Positions 30,822 to 41,246 of a DNA stretch of 64,000 bases are shown here, one piece after another. Source of the DNA: Bacteroidaceae bacterium (GTDB taxonomy: Bacteria > Bacteroidota > Bacteroidia > Bacteroidales > Bacteroidaceae); assembly GCA_017560125.1 (NCBI GenBank), contig JAFYOS010000027.1, forward strand, positions 98,472-162,471. The letters run 5' to 3'. A program made the translations under genes and the position numbers. The first letter of the stretch is position 1; every line of letters starts with the position of its first letter. Under the pieces are notes generated by a model, which did not search any database, was not told the DNA's origin, and saw nothing but the letters and a program-made list of their open reading frames with translations.

Positions 30822-31898
30822 ATGTACGATTTCAGTATAATTACAACCGCTATAGACCAGTTCCTGCGTTCGCTGATGCCGTCGGGAGTAGCCATATTCT
30901 TGGAGTGTGTGCTGGTTGCCGTATGTGTGCTTGTAGCCTATGTGATGCTGGCCATTGTTATGATATTCATGGAGCGCAAGGTGTGTGCCGCCTTCCAATG
31001 TCGCCTGGGCCCGATGCGCGTAGGCTATTGGGGATTGTTGCAGGTTTTCTCCGACGTGTTCAAAATGATTATCAAAGAGATTATCGAGCTCAAGAAGACC
31101 GATAACCTTCTCTACAATCTAGCCCCCTTCCTTGTGGTGCTCAGTTCGGTGCTCACGTTCAGCTGTCTGCCGTTTGCCAAGGGGCTCGAGGTGCTCGACT
31201 TCAATGTGGGTATCTTCTTCATCATGGCAACGTCGTCGTTTGGCGTGCTTGGCATCATGCTTGCCGGTTGGAGCAGTAATAACAAGTACTCGATGATAGG
31301 CGCCATGCGAAGCGGTGCTCAGATGGTTAGTTATGAGCTCTCCATCGGTCTCAGCATGCTCACCCTTGTGGCGCTCAGTGGTACCATGCAGTTGAGCGAA
31401 ATTGTTGAACGACAGGCCGATGCATGGTTTATCTTTAAGGGGCATCTGCCGGCAGTGATAGCCTTCGTCATATATCTTATAGCCGGAAACGCTGAGACCA
31501 ACCGAGGCCCCTTCGACCTTCCCGAGGCCGAGTCGGAGCTCACCGCCGGCTACCACACCGAATATTCGGGTATGGGCTTCGGCTTTTTCTATGTGGCCGA
31601 GTTCATGAACCTGTTCATCGTGTCGGGAATAGCCTCTACGCTCTTCCTTGGAGGATGGATGCCGCTGCATATCCCCGGGCTCGACGCCTTCAATGCCATC
31701 ATGGACTACATCCCCGGCATTGTGTGGTTCTTCGGAAAGACCTTCTTCGTCATATGGTTGCTCATGTGGGTTAAATGGACATTCCCCCGCCTGCGCATCG
31801 ACCAGGTTATCACCCTCGAATGGAAATATCTTGTACCGATAGGCCTTATAAACCTTCTCATAATGACATTGTGCGTTGTGATGGGGTGGACACTTTAA
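30822..31898 (+). CDS. nuoH: NADH-quinone oxidoreductase subunit H
   Basis: 358 aa polytopic protein. ERK..A..Q.R.GP and ETNR.PFDL.E.ESEL motifs. Confidence 0.9.
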   Translation: MYDFSIITTAIDQFLRSLMPSGVAIFLECVLVAVCVLVAYVMLAIVMIFMERKVCAAFQCRLGPMRVGYWGLLQVFSDVFKMIIKEIIELKKTDNLLYNLAPFLVVLSSVLTFSCLPFAKGLEVLDFNVGIFFIMATSSFGVLGIMLAGWSSNNKYSMIGAMRSGAQMVSYELSIGLSMLTLVALSGTMQLSEIVERQADAWFIFKGHLPAVIAFVIYLIAGNAETNRGPFDLPEAESELTAGYHTEYSGMGFGFFYVAEFMNLFIVSGIASTLFLGGWMPLHIPGLDAFNAIMDYIPGIVWFFGKTFFVIWLLMWVKWTFPRLRIDQVITLEWKYLVPIGLINLLIMTLCVVMGWTL

Positions 31899-31904
31899 TT
31901 TGAA

Positions 31905-32357
31905 ATGGAGATGAAAGATAAAATAACATATATGGGACGTGTCTATTGTACGTTGAAGTCCCTGCTTACGGGCATGAAGGTGACGTTCAAGGAGTTCTTC
32001 ACCCCCAAGGTTACGGAGCAATACCCCGAAAATCGCAAGACACTGAAAATATCGGAGCGCCATCGTGCACGCCTGGTGATGCCCCACGACGAGCAGGGCA
32101 ACAACAAATGTATCGCATGCGGGCTCTGCCAGAATGCTTGTCCCAACGGCTCCATCGCCATCACCACCAAGAGCGTGACCGATGAAGAGAGCGGCAAGAG
32201 CAAAAAAGTGCTTGTGGAGTATAGCTACGACCTTGGCTGCTGTATGTTCTGCCAGTTGTGCGTAAATGCATGTCCGAAGAATGCCATCGAATTCAGTAAC
32301 GATTTCGAAAATGCCGTCTTCGACCGCAGAAAACTTGTTCAGAAGCTAAACAGATAA
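31905..32357 (+). CDS. nuoI: NADH-quinone oxidoreductase subunit I
   Basis: Two 4Fe-4S ferredoxin motifs, CIACGLCQNACP and CMFCQLCVNACP. Confidence 0.9.
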   Translation: MEMKDKITYMGRVYCTLKSLLTGMKVTFKEFFTPKVTEQYPENRKTLKISERHRARLVMPHDEQGNNKCIACGLCQNACPNGSIAITTKSVTDEESGKSKKVLVEYSYDLGCCMFCQLCVNACPKNAIEFSNDFENAVFDRRKLVQKLNR

Positions 32358-32370
32358 AATATCTCAGGTT

Positions 32371-32880
32371 ATGGAACTAAATACAATTACTATAATATTT
32401 GCAGGACTGGCCACGCTGATGGTGGCTGCTGCATTGCTTGCGGTGACCTCGCGCAACATCATGCGTGCAACGGTCTATCTGCTGTTTGTGCTTTTCGGTA
32501 CGGCTGGAATATATTTCATTCTCCACTACACGTTCCTTGGAGCCGTGCAGGTGACGGTATATGCCGGTGGTATCATTGTGCTGTTCGTTTTTGCCGCGTT
32601 GCTCATCGGTCGTGGCGCACGCGACCTCACGCACACCTCCATCCTGCGATATACGGCCGGCTTTACGGCATCTGTCACCGGACTGGCGCTGACCATATAC
32701 CTTATATTCACCCATGCTTTCCCCGAGGTGAAATCGCCCACAGCCATTGTGCCCATGAAGCTCATAGGAAAGACCATGATGGGCGCCGATAAATATAATT
32801 TTGTACTTCCATTCGAAGTGGTGAGCGTGCTGTTGCTCGCCTGCATGGTGGGAGCATTGTTGATTGCACGAAAAAGATAA
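32371..32880 (+). CDS. nuoJ: NADH-quinone oxidoreductase subunit J
   Basis: 169 aa membrane protein in the conserved operon position. YAGGI.VLFVF block. Confidence 0.85.
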   Translation: MELNTITIIFAGLATLMVAAALLAVTSRNIMRATVYLLFVLFGTAGIYFILHYTFLGAVQVTVYAGGIIVLFVFAALLIGRGARDLTHTSILRYTAGFTASVTGLALTIYLIFTHAFPEVKSPTAIVPMKLIGKTMMGADKYNFVLPFEVVSVLLLACMVGALLIARKR

Positions 32881-32886
32881 TATACT

Positions 32887-33195
32887 ATGATACCTGCCGA
32901 ATATTACCTTGTACTTGCCGCGCTGATGTTCTTCATCGGTGTCTTCGGCTTCTTCACGCGACGCAACCTGCTTGCCGTGCTCATCAGCACCGAGCTTGTG
33001 CTCAATGCTGTGGATATAAATTTCGCAGTGTTCAACGCCTATTATTATCCCGAACAGCTCGAAGGCTTCTTCTTCACGTTGTTTGCCATAGGTATTGCGG
33101 CTGCGGAAACAGCAGTGGCTATTGCCATCATACTGAATGTATATCGCAATTTGCGTACTATTAGATTAAAGAGTCTCAAGAACCTCAAATTTTAG
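32887..33195 (+). CDS. nuoK: NADH-quinone oxidoreductase subunit K
   Basis: 102 aa with 3 TM helices. E..LNA.N and AAAE.A...A blocks. Confidence 0.9.
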   Translation: MIPAEYYLVLAALMFFIGVFGFFTRRNLLAVLISTELVLNAVDINFAVFNAYYYPEQLEGFFFTLFAIGIAAAETAVAIAIILNVYRNLRTIRLKSLKNLKF

Positions 33196-33200
33196 GAAGT

Positions 33201-35126
33201 ATGGAGTTCACGATATTTATATTGGCCTTGCCGTTGATTAGCTTTCTGGTGCTCGCACTTGCCGGCATGAAGATGTCGCACAAGGTGGCCGGACTCATCG
33301 GTACAGCCTCGCTTGCGGCAGTTGCAGTCATGTCCTATGTGGCGGCAGCGCTCTATTTTGGTGGCGGACGTGGTGCCGATGGCCTTTTCCCCACGCTCAC
33401 CCCGTACAATTTCACATGGTTGCCGTTTACCGATAATCTGCATATAGACATGGGTGTAATGCTCGATCCCATTTCGGTGATGATGCTCATTGTAATAAGC
33501 ACCGTCAGCCTGATGGTTCACATATACTCGTTCGGTTATATGAAGGGCGAGAAGGGCTTTCAGCGCTACTATGCTTTCCTGTCGCTCTTCACATTCTCTA
33601 TGCTTGGATTGGTGGTAGCTACCAATATATTCCAGATGTATGTATTTTGGGAACTTGTGGGTGTGTCATCCTATCTGCTCATAGGTTTCTACTATACCAA
33701 GAAGGCTGCCATTGCCGCATCGAAGAAGGCGTTCATAGTGACCCGCTTTGCCGACCTCTTTTTCCTTGTTGGTATTCTGTTCTATGGATACTACGCAGGT
33801 ACATTCTCCTTTACCCCCGATGCAAGGCTTCTCGCTTCGGCCGGGGTTGTACTGCCCGTTGCGCTTGGATTGATGTTCATTGGTGGTGCCGGTAAGAGTG
33901 CCATGTTCCCCTTGCATATATGGTTGCCCGATGCAATGGAGGGCCCCACGCCCGTGTCGGCGCTCATTCACGCCGCAACCATGGTCGTTGCCGGAGTGTA
34001 TCTGGTGGCACGCATGTTCCCGCTTTTCATCGGCTACGCTCCCGAGGTGCTTCATATAGTGGCATATATAGGCGCGTTTACGGCGCTCTATGCAGCGGTG
34101 GTGGCATGTGCACAGACCGACATCAAGAGGGTACTGGCCTTCTCTACCATTTCGCAGATTGCGTTTATGATGGTAGCATTGGGCGTATGCACATCGGACG
34201 ATCCGCATGAGGGTGGCCTCGGATACATGGCATCCATGTTCCACCTCTTCACCCACGCCATGTTCAAAGGTCTGCTCTTCCTTGGTGCCGGCTCCATCAT
34301 ACATGCCGTACACAGCAACGAGCGCGACCACATGGGTGGCCTCCGAAAATATATGCCTGTGACGCACATCACATTCCTCATCGCCTGCTTGGCCATTGCC
34401 GGCATTCCCCCGTTCAGCGGTTTCTTCAGCAAGGACGAGATATTGACCGCTTGTTATAATTACTCGCTGATGATGGGCGTCTTCATGAGTGGTGTGGCAG
34501 CGCTGACAGCTTTCTATATGTTCCGCTTGTACTACCTTATCTTCTGGGGACATAGTTACTACGAATCGCAGCTTGCAAAATACGAAAAAGGCTATTTGAC
34601 CGAAAAACCCCATGCTCCCCACGAGGCTCCCATTGCCATGACCGCTCCGCTTGTTATCCTTGCGGTGGTGAGCACATTGGCAGGTTTCATTCCCTTCGGC
34701 CATTTTGTGAGCAGCAACGGCCACGCCTACGATATCCACCTCAATGTGGCGGTAGCGGTGTCGAGCATCGTTCTTGCGGTGTCGGCCATTGCAGTTGCAA
34801 CAGCCATGTATGCCAAGGGACGCAGCAAGGTGGTGCTCACCGTCAAGGTGCAGAGCCGCAAATTCCTTATCGCGGCCTATCACCGCTTCTACATGGACGA
34901 GTTGTGGCTCTTTGTTACCAAAAAGATTATATTCCGCGGTGTCAGCCGCCCGATAGCGTGGTTCGACAAGCATGTGATAGATGGAACGATGGATTTGATA
35001 GCATCGGCTACACAGAAATTCTCGTACAACATACGCCGTCTTCAGAGTGGTAACATACAGTCGTATAGTATATATTTCCTGCACGGAGTGATAATACTTG
35101 CGCTTATTCTGATATTTCTTGTATAA
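33201..35126 (+). CDS. nuoL: NADH-quinone oxidoreductase subunit L
   Basis: 641 aa antiporter-like subunit. WLPDAMEGPTPVSALIHAATMV block. Confidence 0.9.
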   Translation: MEFTIFILALPLISFLVLALAGMKMSHKVAGLIGTASLAAVAVMSYVAAALYFGGGRGADGLFPTLTPYNFTWLPFTDNLHIDMGVMLDPISVMMLIVISTVSLMVHIYSFGYMKGEKGFQRYYAFLSLFTFSMLGLVVATNIFQMYVFWELVGVSSYLLIGFYYTKKAAIAASKKAFIVTRFADLFFLVGILFYGYYAGTFSFTPDARLLASAGVVLPVALGLMFIGGAGKSAMFPLHIWLPDAMEGPTPVSALIHAATMVVAGVYLVARMFPLFIGYAPEVLHIVAYIGAFTALYAAVVACAQTDIKRVLAFSTISQIAFMMVALGVCTSDDPHEGGLGYMASMFHLFTHAMFKGLLFLGAGSIIHAVHSNERDHMGGLRKYMPVTHITFLIACLAIAGIPPFSGFFSKDEILTACYNYSLMMGVFMSGVAALTAFYMFRLYYLIFWGHSYYESQLAKYEKGYLTEKPHAPHEAPIAMTAPLVILAVVSTLAGFIPFGHFVSSNGHAYDIHLNVAVAVSSIVLAVSAIAVATAMYAKGRSKVVLTVKVQSRKFLIAAYHRFYMDELWLFVTKKIIFRGVSRPIAWFDKHVIDGTMDLIASATQKFSYNIRRLQSGNIQSYSIYFLHGVIILALILIFLV

Positions 35127-35145
35127 CCCATAAGTATATAGGACA

Positions 35146-36630
35146 ATGAATATACTTAATATTTTTATAGTACTGCCCCTTGCGATGCTCCTTGCATTGT
35201 GGGCTGCCCGCAATCTGCGACAGATACGCAGCGTGATGGTCATTGGCTCATCGCTGCTGTTGGCGCTTGCCGTTTATCTTACAATAGATTTCATATCGCA
35301 GCGTGGCGCAGGTGCCGACGCCCCCTTCCTCTATGCCGATTCGTGGACATGGTACGCTCCGCTTAATATCTGCTACTCCATTGGAGTGGATGGTATATCG
35401 GTGGCAATGATACTGCTGTCGGCGATAATAGTATTCACGGGTACGTTTGCATCGTGGCGACTGCAACCCCTTACCAAGGAATTCTTCCTGTGGTATGTGC
35501 TGTTGTCGCTCGGCGTGTTCGGTTTCTTTATCTCCACCGATATGTTCGCCATGTTCATGTTCTACGAGACAGCGCTCATTCCCATGTATCTGCTCATAGG
35601 CGTGTGGGGAAGTGGCAAAAAGGAGTACTCGGCTATGAAGCTGACGCTCATGCTCATGGGTGGTTCGGCCTTCCTGCTGATGGGAATCCTTGGAATATAT
35701 TTCGGTAGCGGTGCAACCACTATGAATATACTCGAAATAGCCGAAAAGGGAAATATCCCTGTGAATATACAGTATATATTCTTCCCCTTGACGTTCCTCG
35801 GCTTCGGCGTGCTTGGAGCGCTCTTCCCCTTCCACACATGGAGCCCCGACGGTCACGCAAGTGCGCCCACTTCGGTGTCGATGCTCCACGCGGGTGTGCT
35901 CATGAAGCTCGGAGGCTACGGCTGTTTCCGAATAGCCATGTATCTGCTTCCGCAAGCAGCCAACGACCTCGCATGGATATTTATCATTCTCACAACCATC
36001 AGCGTGGTCTATGGCGCTTTCAGCGCAATAAGCCAGACCGACCTCAAGTATATTAACGCCTACTCGTCGGTGTCGCACTGTGGTCTGGTGCTCTTTGCCC
36101 TGCTGATGATGACACGTACATCGTGCACGGGAGCAATATTGCAGATGCTGTCGCACGGATTGATGACCGCTCTTTTCTTTGCGCTCATTGGTATGATATA
36201 TGGTCGCACGCATACGCGCGATATACGCGAGCTGAACGGTCTGATGAAGATTATGCCCTTCCTGTCGGTGGGTTACATCATCGCCGGACTGGCCAACCTC
36301 GGTCTTCCCGGCTTCAGCGGCTTCATTGCCGAAATGACCATTTTTGTGGGCTCATTCGAACAGCCCGACCTGTTCCACCGCTGTGTGACCATCATTGCAT
36401 GTACAAGCATCGTGATAACGGCCGTATATATACTTCGCGTAGTGGGCAAAATACTATATGGCGTTTGTAAAGACGAGCACCACCTTGCGCTCACCGATGC
36501 CACATGGGACGAGAGATTTACCGTAATCTCGCTTATCGTGTGCGTCGCAGGCTTGGGTATTTTGCCCATGTGGGTGAGTAACCTCATCGATGGTGGCGTT
36601 GGTAACATATTGAATATAATATATCCTTAA
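35146..36630 (+). CDS. nuoM: NADH-quinone oxidoreductase subunit M
   Basis: 494 aa antiporter-like subunit. [28 protein letters not shown] block. Confidence 0.9.
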   Translation: MNILNIFIVLPLAMLLALWAARNLRQIRSVMVIGSSLLLALAVYLTIDFISQRGAGADAPFLYADSWTWYAPLNICYSIGVDGISVAMILLSAIIVFTGTFASWRLQPLTKEFFLWYVLLSLGVFGFFISTDMFAMFMFYETALIPMYLLIGVWGSGKKEYSAMKLTLMLMGGSAFLLMGILGIYFGSGATTMNILEIAEKGNIPVNIQYIFFPLTFLGFGVLGALFPFHTWSPDGHASAPTSVSMLHAGVLMKLGGYGCFRIAMYLLPQAANDLAWIFIILTTISVVYGAFSAISQTDLKYINAYSSVSHCGLVLFALLMMTRTSCTGAILQMLSHGLMTALFFALIGMIYGRTHTRDIRELNGLMKIMPFLSVGYIIAGLANLGLPGFSGFIAEMTIFVGSFEQPDLFHRCVTIIACTSIVITAVYILRVVGKILYGVCKDEHHLALTDATWDERFTVISLIVCVAGLGILPMWVSNLIDGGVGNILNIIYP

Positions 36631-36641
36631 ACACAAGAGAG

Positions 36642-38069
36642 ATGAACTACATACAATTCCTTGAAATGCGTTCCGAGATAAGCTTGTTGCTTGTCTTCGT
36701 AGTGATATTTATTTACGACCTTGTGGTTCGAGGAAAATTAAGGCACTACTTCCATCCTGTGACATGCGCGCTGCTGTTGCTGCACACGGCTGTATGCCTT
36801 GGCGACAGCTATCGCGAGGCCGAACTATTCAGTGGCATGTACTACACGTGTCCCATGATAGGTCTGGTCAAGACCATGCTCACCGGTGGCACACTGCTCC
36901 TTGTGATGCAGGCCAATAAATGGCTCCGCGGTGCTAATACCACCCACAAACAGGGCGAGTTCTACACCTTGTTGCTGAGCACGCTGTTCGGAATGTACAT
37001 AATGATAAGCGCCCGCCACTTCCTGCTCTTCTTCATAGGTATGGAGCTTGCGTCGCTGCCGCTTGCGTGCCTTGTGGCATTCGATAAGTATCGCCACCAT
37101 TCGGCCGAGGCGGGTATGAAGTATATCCTCACTTCGATGTTCTCTTCGGCGGTGATGATTTATGGTATTTCGTTTATCTATGGTACCACCGGCACGCTCT
37201 ATTTTGCCGACGTTGCGGCCAACGTGACGGTTGCTCCGTTGCAGGTGTTCGCCTTGGTGCTCTTCTTTGCCGGACTGGGCTTCAAGATATCGCTTGTGCC
37301 TTTCCACCTATGGACTGCCGATTCATATCAGGGAGCACCCACGGTGGTGTCGTCCTACCTGTCGGTAATATCCAAGGGCGCGGCGGCCTTCACTCTCATG
37401 GTCATCCTCATACAGGTGTTCGCTCCTATGGTGAAGTATTGGCAGATTACAATCTACATACTCACCGTGCTCAGCATTACCATCGCCAACCTTTTTGCCA
37501 TCAGACAGACCGACCTGAAGCGCTTCATGGCGTTCAGCAGTATCTCGCAGGCGGGATATATAATGCTTGCAATCATCGGTGGCGCCAAGGACGGCATGAG
37601 TGCCCTGGTCTTCTATGTGTTGGTCTATATATTTGCCAACCTTGCGGTCTTCGGCATTATAGAAACCATCGAGCACCAGACACGCTCGAATGTGTCGCGT
37701 GACGATTGCAACGGCCTCTACAAGACAAATCCCAAACTGGCGTTGCTCATGACGCTCGCGCTCTTCTCGCTTGCGGGTATTCCTCCGTTTGCAGGCTTCT
37801 TCAGCAAGTTCTTTGTCTTCATGAGTGCATTTAAAGCCGGTTTCTGGGTGCTGGTGTTCATTGCCCTTATAAATACGGTTGTTTCTCTATATTACTATCT
37901 GTTGATAGTGAAGGCAATGTACATAACCCCCAACGAGAACCCCATACCCACATTCAACAGCAGTAAATATTCTCGCATCAGTCTTGTTGTCTGCCTTGTC
38001 GGAATAATTCTGCTCGGAATATGCAGCTTCGTCTTCGAAGAAATCGATAAGTTCTCTTTCGGTATGTAA
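36642..38069 (+). CDS. nuoN: NADH-quinone oxidoreductase subunit N
   Basis: 475 aa antiporter-like subunit. [15 protein letters not shown] block. Last gene of the operon. Confidence 0.9.
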   Translation: MNYIQFLEMRSEISLLLVFVVIFIYDLVVRGKLRHYFHPVTCALLLLHTAVCLGDSYREAELFSGMYYTCPMIGLVKTMLTGGTLLLVMQANKWLRGANTTHKQGEFYTLLLSTLFGMYIMISARHFLLFFIGMELASLPLACLVAFDKYRHHSAEAGMKYILTSMFSSAVMIYGISFIYGTTGTLYFADVAANVTVAPLQVFALVLFFAGLGFKISLVPFHLWTADSYQGAPTVVSSYLSVISKGAAAFTLMVILIQVFAPMVKYWQITIYILTVLSITIANLFAIRQTDLKRFMAFSSISQAGYIMLAIIGGAKDGMSALVFYVLVYIFANLAVFGIIETIEHQTRSNVSRDDCNGLYKTNPKLALLMTLALFSLAGIPPFAGFFSKFFVFMSAFKAGFWVLVFIALINTVVSLYYYLLIVKAMYITPNENPIPTFNSSKYSRISLVVCLVGIILLGICSFVFEEIDKFSFGM

Positions 38070-38085
38070 TAATGGCGGGTGATAG

Positions 38086-38131
38086 AAAAACATAAAGGGC
38101 TGTGACACATGTGTCACAGCCCTTTATGTTT
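38086..38131. terminator. Bidirectional intrinsic terminator (long perfect palindrome)
   Basis: Arms cataaagggctgtgacac/gtgtcacagccctttatg (18 bp), flanked by A5 and T3, between convergent nuoN and the PNP gene. Confidence 0.75.
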
Positions 38132-38144
38132 GCGCTTAGGCGGA

Positions 38145-38954
38145 TTATGCTCTGTTGATAAGCTCCTTGAAGATGGTAGTCATTCGGGGCTGAGCCTCGT
38201 CGGCTGCTTTCTGCACCTCCTCGTGGCTCACCTCAACCACAACGCCCTCGAGACCAAGGTCGGTGATTACAGATATACCGAATACCTTGATGCCGCAATG
38301 GCGTGCTACGATTACCTCGGGTACTGTTGACATGCCCACTGCGTCGCCACCCATTCTGCGGAACATCACATACTCGGCGGGGGTTTCGAATGTGGGGCCC
38401 TGTGTGCCAAGGTAAACACCCTCCATCACACGGATACCCTTCTCGGCTGCAACCTCCTTGGCCTTAGCAATCAGTTCGGGGTCGTAGGTCTTGCTCATGT
38501 CGGGGAAACGGTCGCCATATTCGATGTTCTTTCCGCGCAAGGGATGCTCGGGGAATGTGTTTATGTGGTCGTTTATGATCATGAGGTCGCCGATGATGAA
38601 GTCGGGGTTCATGCCGCCGGCTGCGTTGGACACGAAGAGTGTCTTGATGCCCAGCTCGCGCATCACTCTCACGGGGAATGTAACCTCTTTCATAGAGTAG
38701 CCCTCGTAGTAGTGGAAGCGTCCCTGCATGGCCATGATGTCCTTGTTACCCAATTTACCGAAAATGAGCTTGCCCGAGTGTCCCTCGACGGTTGACAAGG
38801 GGAAATTGGGGATGTCCTTGTATTCCACCTCGTATTTTTCGGTTATTTCGTTTACCAGACTGCCGAGGCCTGTGCCAAGGATGATGGCTGTCTCGGGCTT
38901 AGTCTTCATTACCGACTGCAAGTATGCTGCGGTCTCCTGTATTTTCTGTAACAT
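38145..38954 (-). CDS. Purine nucleoside phosphorylase (trimeric PNP/PunA type)
   Basis: 269 aa. ILGTGLG, GRFHYYEG and VGMSTVPE blocks. The spacing from the N-terminus to the GTGLG block, as recalled from PunA-type enzymes, supports the 38954 start. Confidence 0.9.
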   Translation of the reverse strand: MLQKIQETAAYLQSVMKTKPETAIILGTGLGSLVNEITEKYEVEYKDIPNFPLSTVEGHSGKLIFGKLGNKDIMAMQGRFHYYEGYSMKEVTFPVRVMRELGIKTLFVSNAAGGMNPDFIIGDLMIINDHINTFPEHPLRGKNIEYGDRFPDMSKTYDPELIAKAKEVAAEKGIRVMEGVYLGTQGPTFETPAEYVMFRRMGGDAVGMSTVPEVIVARHCGIKVFGISVITDLGLEGVVVEVSHEEVQKAADEAQPRMTTIFKELINRA

Positions 38955-39975
38955 AGTCTTTAATTATTTGGTTAAACTTATTTTCTTCGTCTATTATTTT
39001 TACCCTGATGGGGATGGAGTATATATTCTCCTTAATTATTTGCGGGATGTCGTTGCGGCCTACAATGCGCTCGGCATCCTTTTCGGTGGTTACTATTATA
39101 CTTTTTTTGCTCGGTAGGGTGGCAAATGTACTTGCTATCTCCGCTATTTCGGCCGATGTGAAATCGTGGTGGTCGGCAAACTGTATGAGCTTTACGTTTG
39201 CTCCTCGCGTTTCCAGTTCCTTTTTTAGCGGTTCGGGACGGGCGATACCTGTGACGAGCAATATTTCGTCGCCTTGGCCCATGGTGTGCTCCTTGCAGGC
39301 GGCGGGGTAGAGGGGGCGCAGGGTGTCGTAGCATACGGTCGAGAAGAAGACGGGCTTCGCGGCTATGTCGTTGACAATCTGCTTGATGTGCTCGCGCTCG
39401 CTCTTGCCTATTGTGGGCGGGCACTTGGTGATGACTACGGCGTCGGCACGTCTTAGGCCTTGGGTGGGCTCGCGCAATCTGCCGAATGGCATTACGCTGT
39501 CGCGCCACACGGGGCGGTTGTAATCGACCAGCAATATGTAGAGCCCGGCTTTCACATATCTGTGCTGGAAGGCGTCGTCGAGCAATATTATCTCGGGGCG
39601 CTCGTCCTCTTTTAACAGATTTTCGATGCCGTGTACACGCTTCTCATCTACTGCAACGGTTATTTCGGGGAATTTGTTTTTCAGCTGCGAGGGTTCGTCG
39701 CCCACGGTGCGCATGTCGCATCCCACACAGGCCTTTACATAGCCCTTCGATGTGCGTCTGTAGCCGCGGCTCAATGTGGCTATCGCGTAATCGTCCTTTA
39801 GCAAATTTATTATATATTCAATATGTGGCGTCTTGCCCGTGCCGCCCACAGTGAGGTTGCCCACGCAGATAACCGGCAGGTCGAAACGCTTGCTTGGCAA
39901 CCATCCCTTGTCGAATGCAATATTGCGCAGGCATATAATCCAATTGTACGGATTTATGTAATTGAGCAATTTCAT
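38899..39975 (-). CDS. lpxK: Tetraacyldisaccharide 4'-kinase
   Basis: 358 aa. P-loop VGNLTVGGTGKTP and SRGY blocks. Confidence 0.9.
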   Translation of the reverse strand: MKLLNYINPYNWIICLRNIAFDKGWLPSKRFDLPVICVGNLTVGGTGKTPHIEYIINLLKDDYAIATLSRGYRRTSKGYVKACVGCDMRTVGDEPSQLKNKFPEITVAVDEKRVHGIENLLKEDERPEIILLDDAFQHRYVKAGLYILLVDYNRPVWRDSVMPFGRLREPTQGLRRADAVVITKCPPTIGKSEREHIKQIVNDIAAKPVFFSTVCYDTLRPLYPAACKEHTMGQGDEILLVTGIARPEPLKKELETRGANVKLIQFADHHDFTSAEIAEIASTFATLPSKKSIIVTTEKDAERIVGRNDIPQIIKENIYSIPIRVKIIDEENKFNQIIKDYVTENTGDRSILAVGNED

Positions 39976-40142
39976 TGTATGCTTATGAATATATCTCTGT
40001 CAATGCAACGCGAAGATACTATTTTCCTTTTTGCGTTGCAATAATATCGCATAAAATCCCGTTTTTATGATAGAAAAAAGCGTGAGAGAAAAAATGTTGC
40101 TCTTTTTTTTGTATAAATAGCTGTTTTATTGAAAAAAAAGGT

Positions 40143-40150
40143 TACTTTTG
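40143..40150 (+). promoter_or_regulatory. Candidate -7 promoter box (TACTTTTG) upstream of tRNA-Ser
   Basis: Exact TAnnTTTG match about 70 nt upstream of the tRNA 5' end. Confidence 0.4.
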
Positions 40151-40220
40151 TGGCGAAATAGCGCGCGATTTACAAATTTTTTGTAATTTGCGCCGAGTTT
40201 ATAGCGCAATGTGTGTGCAG

Positions 40221-40308
40221 GGAAAGATGCTCGAGTGGTTGAAGAGGCACGCCTGGAAAGCGTGTATGCGCCAAAAGCGTATCGGGGGTTCGAATCCCCC
40301 TCTTTCCG
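40221..40308 (+). tRNA. tRNA-Ser (anticodon GGA)
   Basis: 88-nt class II tRNA. Acceptor ggaaaga/tctttcc, anticodon stem cacgc/gcgtg with loop ctGGAaa, long variable arm, T arm ggggg-ttcgaat-ccccc. Confidence 0.9.
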
Positions 40309-40382
40309 CAGTTGCTGTTAAACAAGACAATAACCAGTAAATTATAAACTATTTAAATAACAATTTCTAAAATTAACACACA

Positions 40383-41222
40383 ATGAAAAAGCTTTTTGCA
40401 ATTGTTGCAATGTTGGGATTGTTCGCATTCGGAACAATTCAGTCTATTCAGGCACAGGATGCTGTCGCTACTAGCGAACAGACAGAACAGGTTGATGCTG
40501 CTGCAGCTGATTCAACCGCTATCGATTCAACAGCTACAGAGGCTGCTGAAGAAACCGCTCCCGCTCCCGTAGAGGAGGCTGAACCCGAAAGTTTCCACAA
40601 AACATTGAAGACTAAGTTCATCGAGGGTGGTGCTGGCTTCATGTCATTGGTTGCTATCGCTATGATCATCGGTCTTGCATTCTGCATCGAGCGTATCATT
40701 TCACTCAGCCTTGCTCAGGTTAACACAAAGAAATTGATGGAGGCTATCGCTAAGGCACTCGAGGCTAAGGACGTAGAGAAAGCTAAGGATATCTGCCGCA
40801 ATACAGCAGGTCCCGTTGCTTCTATCTGCTACCAGGGTCTTATGCGCATCGACGAGGGTCTTGATGTAGTTGAGCGTTCTATCGTATCTTACGGTAGTGT
40901 TCAGGCTATGAACCTCGAGAAGGGTTGCTCATGGATTACACTTTTCATCGCTATGGCTCCTTCACTCGGATTCTTGGGTACTGTGATCGGTATGGTTATG
41001 GCGTTCGACGAGATCCAGCGTGCTGGTGACATCTCTCCGACCGTTGTTGCCGGTGGTATGAAAGTGGCTCTTATCACAACTATCTACGGTATTATCGTAG
41101 CTCTCGTTCTTCAGGTATTCTACAACTACGTACTCGGTAAGATTGAGTCAATCACAGCTGATATGGAGGATTCTTCAATCGTTCTCCTCGACTTGCTTAC
41201 AAAGTATAACCTCAAGAAGTAA
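40383..41222 (+). CDS. MotA/TolQ/ExbB proton-channel family protein
   Basis: 279 aa. Signal peptide ends IQA|Q, followed by an acidic low-complexity region and three TM helices with the LGFLGTVIGM block. Confidence 0.85.
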   Translation: MKKLFAIVAMLGLFAFGTIQSIQAQDAVATSEQTEQVDAAAADSTAIDSTATEAAEETAPAPVEEAEPESFHKTLKTKFIEGGAGFMSLVAIAMIIGLAFCIERIISLSLAQVNTKKLMEAIAKALEAKDVEKAKDICRNTAGPVASICYQGLMRIDEGLDVVERSIVSYGSVQAMNLEKGCSWITLFIAMAPSLGFLGTVIGMVMAFDEIQRAGDISPTVVAGGMKVALITTIYGIIVALVLQVFYNYVLGKIESITADMEDSSIVLLDLLTKYNLKK

Positions 41223-41246
41223 TTTAGACCATTATCATTATTCATT

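Noticed and set aside
859-40308. The tRNA-Arg and tRNA-Ser genes as integration hot spots flanking a genomic island.
   Set aside because: No integrase, transposase, direct repeat of a tRNA 3' end, or compositional shift is visible next to either tRNA. The neighbouring genes are housekeeping.
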